Part shown: positions 59,495 to 64,000 of the stretch, piece by piece
Position numbering within the stretch: the first letter of the stretch is position 1
Layout: each line of letters begins with the position of its first letter
From: Bdellovibrionales bacterium
GTDB taxonomy: Bacteria; Bdellovibrionota; Bdellovibrionia; Bdellovibrionales; JAGQZY01
DNA: 64,000 bases
Direction: 5' to 3'
NCBI GenBank assembly: GCA_964230645.1
Contig: CAXRHT010000002.1
Span: 928,001 to 992,000 of the forward strand
Notes under the pieces: generated by a model
The model's input: only the letters and a program-made list of their open reading frames with translations
What the model was told of the DNA's origin: nothing
Databases searched by the model: none
Position numbers and translations under genes: made by a program

Positions 59495-60631
59495 TTAATT
59501 CTCAATATCGCGCACGAATTTATGCAGAAGCAGATTAAAAAGCAGAGGTCTCTCGTAATGCACAGCATGCCCGGTGCGAGGAAAGACAAAGATTTCATCC
59601 TTCCAAAGAGTGGGAATTCCTCCAGCACTTCTTAAGTCGCGTAAGTATTGTTCATTAATAAAAGCGTCTTCTTCCCCCATTGCGACCAGGATTGGAATAT
59701 CATCTGAGCTATTCTGTGGATCACCCTCTAAGGATTTTAAAACATCAAGCTCATCCGGTAGACCTCCCGGGGGTAGTAATCCTAAAGCCACCACTCCTAG
59801 TGATGCTCGGAAGCGATCATCCGAACGATTCAGGCCATCCTCCAAAAAGAGATTAGGAACCAATCCAAAACGACGCCTTGTTTTATTAAAAAAGGAATTA
59901 ATATAAGCTTTTCCCCTGGAGTCGTAATCCGACAAAGGCTCCGGAGCATAGGGCGGAACAGGAGAGGAAAACTGTCCTAAGAGATTAAAACCGAGCGGGT
60001 TATTTTGATCCAGCTCAAAAGAAAATCCAAGAGAGGCTAGGAGACCAAGACCGGGTACACCTGGCACATAAGGGGCATTAAAGGGACTCTCCAAAGTGGG
60101 AGGGTTGGCTCCTGATGGGGCGGTACCAAAAATTACGATCCCTTTTGTATTGGGAACTAATCCCGCACCCTGAGCTAGTAAAATAACGTCTCCTCCAAGA
60201 CTCCATCCTACCAACACTTCTGCTCGCACATCAGGATCATTGGCCACCAAGGAGACTGCTTCGACCAAACCGGTTTGATACTCCGAAAAGCCTAGTGGGA
60301 GACCATTAGGCTGCCGCGGAAACTCTTTGTCACTGTCTACTTTTGAAGCTAGCCCGTGCCCAGGCAAATCCAGTAAATACAACTGATAATATTTCCCTAG
60401 AGCTGAATAGACCTGACGTATATAGGAGCGGCTTGAGGAGGAGTTGCCGTGAACAAGAAGTATCCCTGGGCCCTTTTTCCCTTTGCTTTTGTAAATGGGA
60501 ATTTCAATCTCAGGTGCACTCTGTAGGGTAATGGTCTTAAATGGAACAAGTTCCGAATCAGAAAAAAAAGCCTGTGAATGTGTGGCCCATAAAACGATTG
60601 TTAAACAAGTCATCAGGTTAAGGACTCTCAT
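59495..60631 (-). CDS. Secreted alpha/beta hydrolase
   Basis: Signal peptide, HGNSSS, DLPGHG, GWSLGG, GEED, GHAVHYE. Confidence 0.9.
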   Translation of the reverse strand: MRVLNLMTCLTIVLWATHSQAFFSDSELVPFKTITLQSAPEIEIPIYKSKGKKGPGILLVHGNSSSSRSYIRQVYSALGKYYQLYLLDLPGHGLASKVDSDKEFPRQPNGLPLGFSEYQTGLVEAVSLVANDPDVRAEVLVGWSLGGDVILLAQGAGLVPNTKGIVIFGTAPSGANPPTLESPFNAPYVPGVPGLGLLASLGFSFELDQNNPLGFNLLGQFSSPVPPYAPEPLSDYDSRGKAYINSFFNKTRRRFGLVPNLFLEDGLNRSDDRFRASLGVVALGLLPPGGLPDELDVLKSLEGDPQNSSDDIPILVAMGEEDAFINEQYLRDLRSAGGIPTLWKDEIFVFPRTGHAVHYERPLLFNLLLHKFVRDIEN

Positions 60632-60842
60632 GAAAACCTCCTTGAAAGTATCGAAGGTTTTCTATCGGTGAGCTTGAATAATTCTAAAGTTATTTTCTTT
60701 ATCTTGTTAAGATGTATTAAAATCAAACTGTTCTTTTTTTAAAAAAATTAATAATTCTGCGGCTTAAAAATTAAATCCTTTCATAATTTTTTTTAGAATT
60801 GACATGCTCGAATATGAGAAAGCGGTCATCGCCTTTCAAAGC

Positions 60843-60875
60843 AAAAAGAAAACCCGCTTTTAAAAGCGGGTCTTC
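60843..60875 (-). terminator. Intrinsic terminator after hsp20
   Basis: ACCCGCTTTTAAAAGCGGGT palindrome followed by a T-rich run on the minus strand. Confidence 0.75.
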
Positions 60876-60929
60876 CATTGAGACTAAAAAGGTCCCTACT
60901 CCTTTTAGTCTCGTCCATATCTATTATTT

Positions 60930-61403
60930 TTAGTGCTTCGACTTCTCCTCAACGTCGACGTTTTTTTCCTTTCGACTAGAAAAGAGATTCTCAAAAAATC
61001 CGTCTTTGTCTTCGTTAGAAAGGGAGATCTTTTTCGTTCCCTCTTTTTGAGACTTCGGAAGAGCAATTTTCAAGACACCATCTTCGTAGATCGCTTTGAT
61101 CTCGTCTGTGTCGGCGAGGTTTGAGGGAAGGATAAATGAAGTGGTGTACTCACGACGGCCATAATCGGAATCTCTTTGAGCAGAGATTGTCATCATATTG
61201 TCATCCACGTTAATTTCAATATCTTCATTCTTCACGCCTGGCATATCGATGGAGGTGAGGTAGTGCGAATCTTTTTCCACAAACTGTTGATCCATTCCTC
61301 TGGTCGGTCTTCTAAACACTCGGTCAAAGTCATCAAAAATTGTGGGACCAAAGGCAAAAAAATCAGAATTGTTGCGGTTTCTTCTTCTACTTAATTCGTT
61401 CAT
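60930..61403 (-). CDS. Hsp20/alpha-crystallin small heat-shock protein
   Basis: DMPGV..EDI, AIYEDGVLKIALPK. Confidence 0.93.
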   Translation of the reverse strand: MNELSRRRNRNNSDFFAFGPTIFDDFDRVFRRPTRGMDQQFVEKDSHYLTSIDMPGVKNEDIEINVDDNMMTISAQRDSDYGRREYTTSFILPSNLADTDEIKAIYEDGVLKIALPKSQKEGTKKISLSNEDKDGFFENLFSSRKEKNVDVEEKSKH

Positions 61404-61569
61404 AGTTCAAACTCCTTTTTCTTTTTAAAAGTAAACAGTTGTTCTCTCGAACCTGCTTTTTAATTTTCAATTCCGAACTTACATGGGATTTAAAAAGAAA
61501 AACTTATGGAATTTTTTAATGCTTTTTTAGATATTTAGAAACTTGCAGACAACAAGAATTATGTTTCAT

Positions 61570-62835
61570 TCAAAGGCGTTGGAACCGTCTCCATTGCTCA
61601 TCACTCATCAAGGGTATCTCTGAGTCTAAATCAGAAAGAGACTCCACTAAACTTTGCACGTGATGGATATGATTGCGATAGCGAAAACAAGGGGATCCGT
61701 GCTTTTCACCAAAGTCACCGAAAGGAGGCCAACCTCCACTCGCGGTCACCGCCAGGCAATTTTCTCGGTTAAGATCAAAGGGGTTGCGATTTTCATCGAG
61801 TATTAAACTTGTGTGACGGTTTGTTCCCTCTAAAAGGTCAGAGGGTTCAGCACCAAGGAGAAACATAAATAACACAGCCAACTCGTCGGCTTCGATCTCT
61901 TTGGTGTACCGGCTTAGACTCATTTCTGCGGCCTGCTCGACTAAAAGAATGGATTCTTGATTTCCCTCTAAAGCCTCTTCAAAAACTTGCGAGAGATGGT
62001 TGAAGCCAAAGTCTTCCTCATTATCCATAATTGAATGATGATCCTGTGAAAAGGCCTTACGTTCAGTGGCCTTGTACCATCCATAGCGCCTGGATGCATG
62101 AGCCGAAGGTCTCGAGTTGTGGGCCAGATAATAGTGGGCGGCTTCGTGAGCTAGAATATTCACAAAAGCTTTTTCTGTCGGTAAGAGTGGAATGGCTCCA
62201 GCGGTGATAAAAATCCCAGGGTAAGTTCTTTGAAAAAGAACCCCTTTACCAAGACCCACCTGAGTGTTTTCAGATAGCCACGGGCTTTTTTGACAGTGAG
62301 GACTTGTTTGATAGATGTAACTAGTCTCTTCAAGGTCAAATTCACAGAGACTTCTTGTTTCCAAAGCTCCTAAAACTTCCTCTTGAAACTCAAGGTTACC
62401 AACTTCTTCTTCCACCTGACAGCTCAAGCCATCAATAGCCGTTAAAAAGCCACCGTCATTAACTCCCCAGTGGTACTCGTACTTAGGCTCCCCCACTTCA
62501 GGGTCTAAGACAATATCGGAGTTAAAGACATAGCAGTATTTAACCGGCCTAACCTCTCCATTCACCCCAGGACGCCTGCGAAAAATAATACGAGGAGGAT
62601 TCTCTGGAAGGCTCTCAGGCAGCATATCTAGGGCTTTAAGCTTTTGATGCAGAAGATCCAACCAAAATTGACTCCTCTGCTCCCAGGGATGCCGCGGTTC
62701 ACGTGTATTTTCCTCAACCCAGGTGAAAGAATCACTTTCAAAGTCAAAATAGCCCTGCATGAGAGGTTTTATCTCGCTTTGAGCAAAACTAATGAGTGGG
62801 AAGATTAGAGTCAAAAGAGTGAGGGCTGTTTTCAT
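61570..62835 (-). CDS. Secreted M48-like zinc metallopeptidase
   Basis: Signal peptide, ILAHEAAH, EIEAD, HGSP..R. Confidence 0.78.
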   Translation of the reverse strand: MKTALTLLTLIFPLISFAQSEIKPLMQGYFDFESDSFTWVEENTREPRHPWEQRSQFWLDLLHQKLKALDMLPESLPENPPRIIFRRRPGVNGEVRPVKYCYVFNSDIVLDPEVGEPKYEYHWGVNDGGFLTAIDGLSCQVEEEVGNLEFQEEVLGALETRSLCEFDLEETSYIYQTSPHCQKSPWLSENTQVGLGKGVLFQRTYPGIFITAGAIPLLPTEKAFVNILAHEAAHYYLAHNSRPSAHASRRYGWYKATERKAFSQDHHSIMDNEEDFGFNHLSQVFEEALEGNQESILLVEQAAEMSLSRYTKEIEADELAVLFMFLLGAEPSDLLEGTNRHTSLILDENRNPFDLNRENCLAVTASGGWPPFGDFGEKHGSPCFRYRNHIHHVQSLVESLSDLDSEIPLMSDEQWRRFQRL

Positions 62836-62950
62836 ATTGATAAACCTAACATCTCCATTTCGATGAGGATTCCCTTAGTCTGGTTTTAGAAAAATTTCCA
62901 GATTCGGCGTAAAAACCTTAGACAGCCTCATTCGGAGTGGATTCAAAAAA

Positions 62951-63418
62951 TTAATGGCTACTAATGTGAATCAATGCCTCGGACTTTAAAATTCGTCCTG
63001 CGCCCTCTAATCGTCTGCAAAGTCGCCAATGGACTCTCTGCTCTCCGATAAAGAGTTGAGCCACCAATTCATTGTTATCAAGTAGTAAGAGATAACAATC
63101 CGATTCGACGTTACTGCTGCAGTTTGCTCCACCCTCTTCATACCCTTTGATCCCTAAATCGCAAATATTCCGGTAAGGACCCCAAACGATAAATTCATCC
63201 CAATCCACAGAATTTATTCTTCTTAAATCAAAGGAGTTTTCTTCAGAATCATTTAAAATTCTTTTGAACTCAGCATAGGTCTCCTTAGGAAAAGAAGAAC
63301 TCGGCAAGGTAGCTAAATAAACCAAGCCAAACGCGAGCAGGAGCAAAACACCACAGACTAAGAAGAACGTAAGTATAAGGCGTAAAATTCTCTCTGATAT
63401 TTTATTTAATAGGGCCAT
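62951..63418 (-). CDS. Hypothetical single-TM protein
   Basis: N-terminal TM helix, 155-aa ORF, no recognised motif. Confidence 0.55.
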   Translation of the reverse strand: MALLNKISERILRLILTFFLVCGVLLLLAFGLVYLATLPSSSFPKETYAEFKRILNDSEENSFDLRRINSVDWDEFIVWGPYRNICDLGIKGYEEGGANCSSNVESDCYLLLLDNNELVAQLFIGEQRVHWRLCRRLEGAGRILKSEALIHISSH

Positions 63419-63692
63419 TTAAAACCACTCAAATCAATAAAGTTACAAATTTTTAAGATAAGAACCTTAGGTTTAAAGAGCGTTGAATTGAAAAATTATT
63501 ATTACAGCATTCGAGCCTCCCCTCACTATATTTGATTCAACGCAACAACTGTTTTCTTGGCTTTTGAGGATATTTTTTTTGATTTTTTCTTTCAATTTCT
63601 CATTTTCGATGCAGTGACAAGATAACTTGTCTCCCAAACTTGCACTTTGAGTGAACTTGACTAATATGGGCCCAAGTTCAAGGGAGGCACAA

Positions 63693-64000
63693 ATGGATCC
63701 ACGTAAAGACACCTGGGGTGAACCAGAGAAATTAGATTGGTTATCAAAACAGACATTTCAAAGATCTTATAAAGATCAAGTTTTGGCTCGCATCGAAAAG
63801 CTCAAACAAGCCGGTGGTGAAATCAAGATTAAAACTTACGGAAACCTAAGCCTCCAAGAAAGAGAGGAACTTGCCATCAAAGGCGCCACTCTCAGCAGTG
63901 ATGAGTACAAAAGTCGCTACCCTCTATACTACGCCGAGGTCGGTGATATCACCGACGGCAAACCAAATATTATCGTCACCGGCGGAACTCACGGTTACGA
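63693..64000 (+). CDS. M14-family metallocarboxypeptidase (partial; runs off the window and is missing from the ORF track)
   Basis: RBS GGGAGG; MDPRKDTWGEPEK...RSY...RYPLY...IIVTGGTHGY(E), HxxE zinc motif. Confidence 0.85.
   Translation, partial: MDPRKDTWGEPEKLDWLSKQTFQRSYKDQVLARIEKLKQAGGEIKIKTYGNLSLQEREELAIKGATLSSDEYKSRYPLYYAEVGDITDGKPNIIVTGGTHGY

Noticed and set aside
61404..61569. CIRCE/ROSE/sigma32 element upstream of hsp20
   Set aside because: No TTAGCACTC-N9-GAGTGCTAA; CCCATGT is present but without a correctly spaced CTTGAA.
63473..63712. 79-aa minus-strand ORF
   Set aside because: Overlaps the RBS and start of the well-supported M14 peptidase on the + strand and has no motif.

Overview
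Gene-dense bacterial chromosome segment. Gene content and order point to a Bdellovibrionota-like organism (inference): a pilB-pilT-pilC-pilS-pilR type IV pilus operon, three sigma54 activators, PilZ proteins and many secreted hydrolases. The first ~34 kb is mostly core genes: htrA, the pil operon, ribF, a CHASE2 two-component system, a lipid A/outer-membrane cluster (lolC/E-lolD-bamA-skp-fabZ-lpxA-gnnA-like-lpxB-lpxK-lpxL-DUF3108-GT9), prfB with its +1 frameshift, ybeY, mazG, murJ and rpsT. It also holds two non-coding palindromic elements (991-1192 and 13291-13659). The most interesting part is 41.9-48.4 kb, a six-gene minus-strand locus: lipoprotein, secreted protein ending in DIYNFYF, membrane Ser/Thr kinase with a PEGA domain, FHA-like/GAF sigma54 activator, and two paralogous beta-barrel proteins whose mature N-termini start with EDxYNFYF. 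Its regulatory wiring can be read from the DNA: two sigma54-type promoters, tandem TGACA-N4-TGTCA palindromes spaced 21 bp apart, and an IHF-consensus site. No rRNA, tRNA, CRISPR array or transposase was recognised. All product calls come from motif recognition by eye; no database searches were run.
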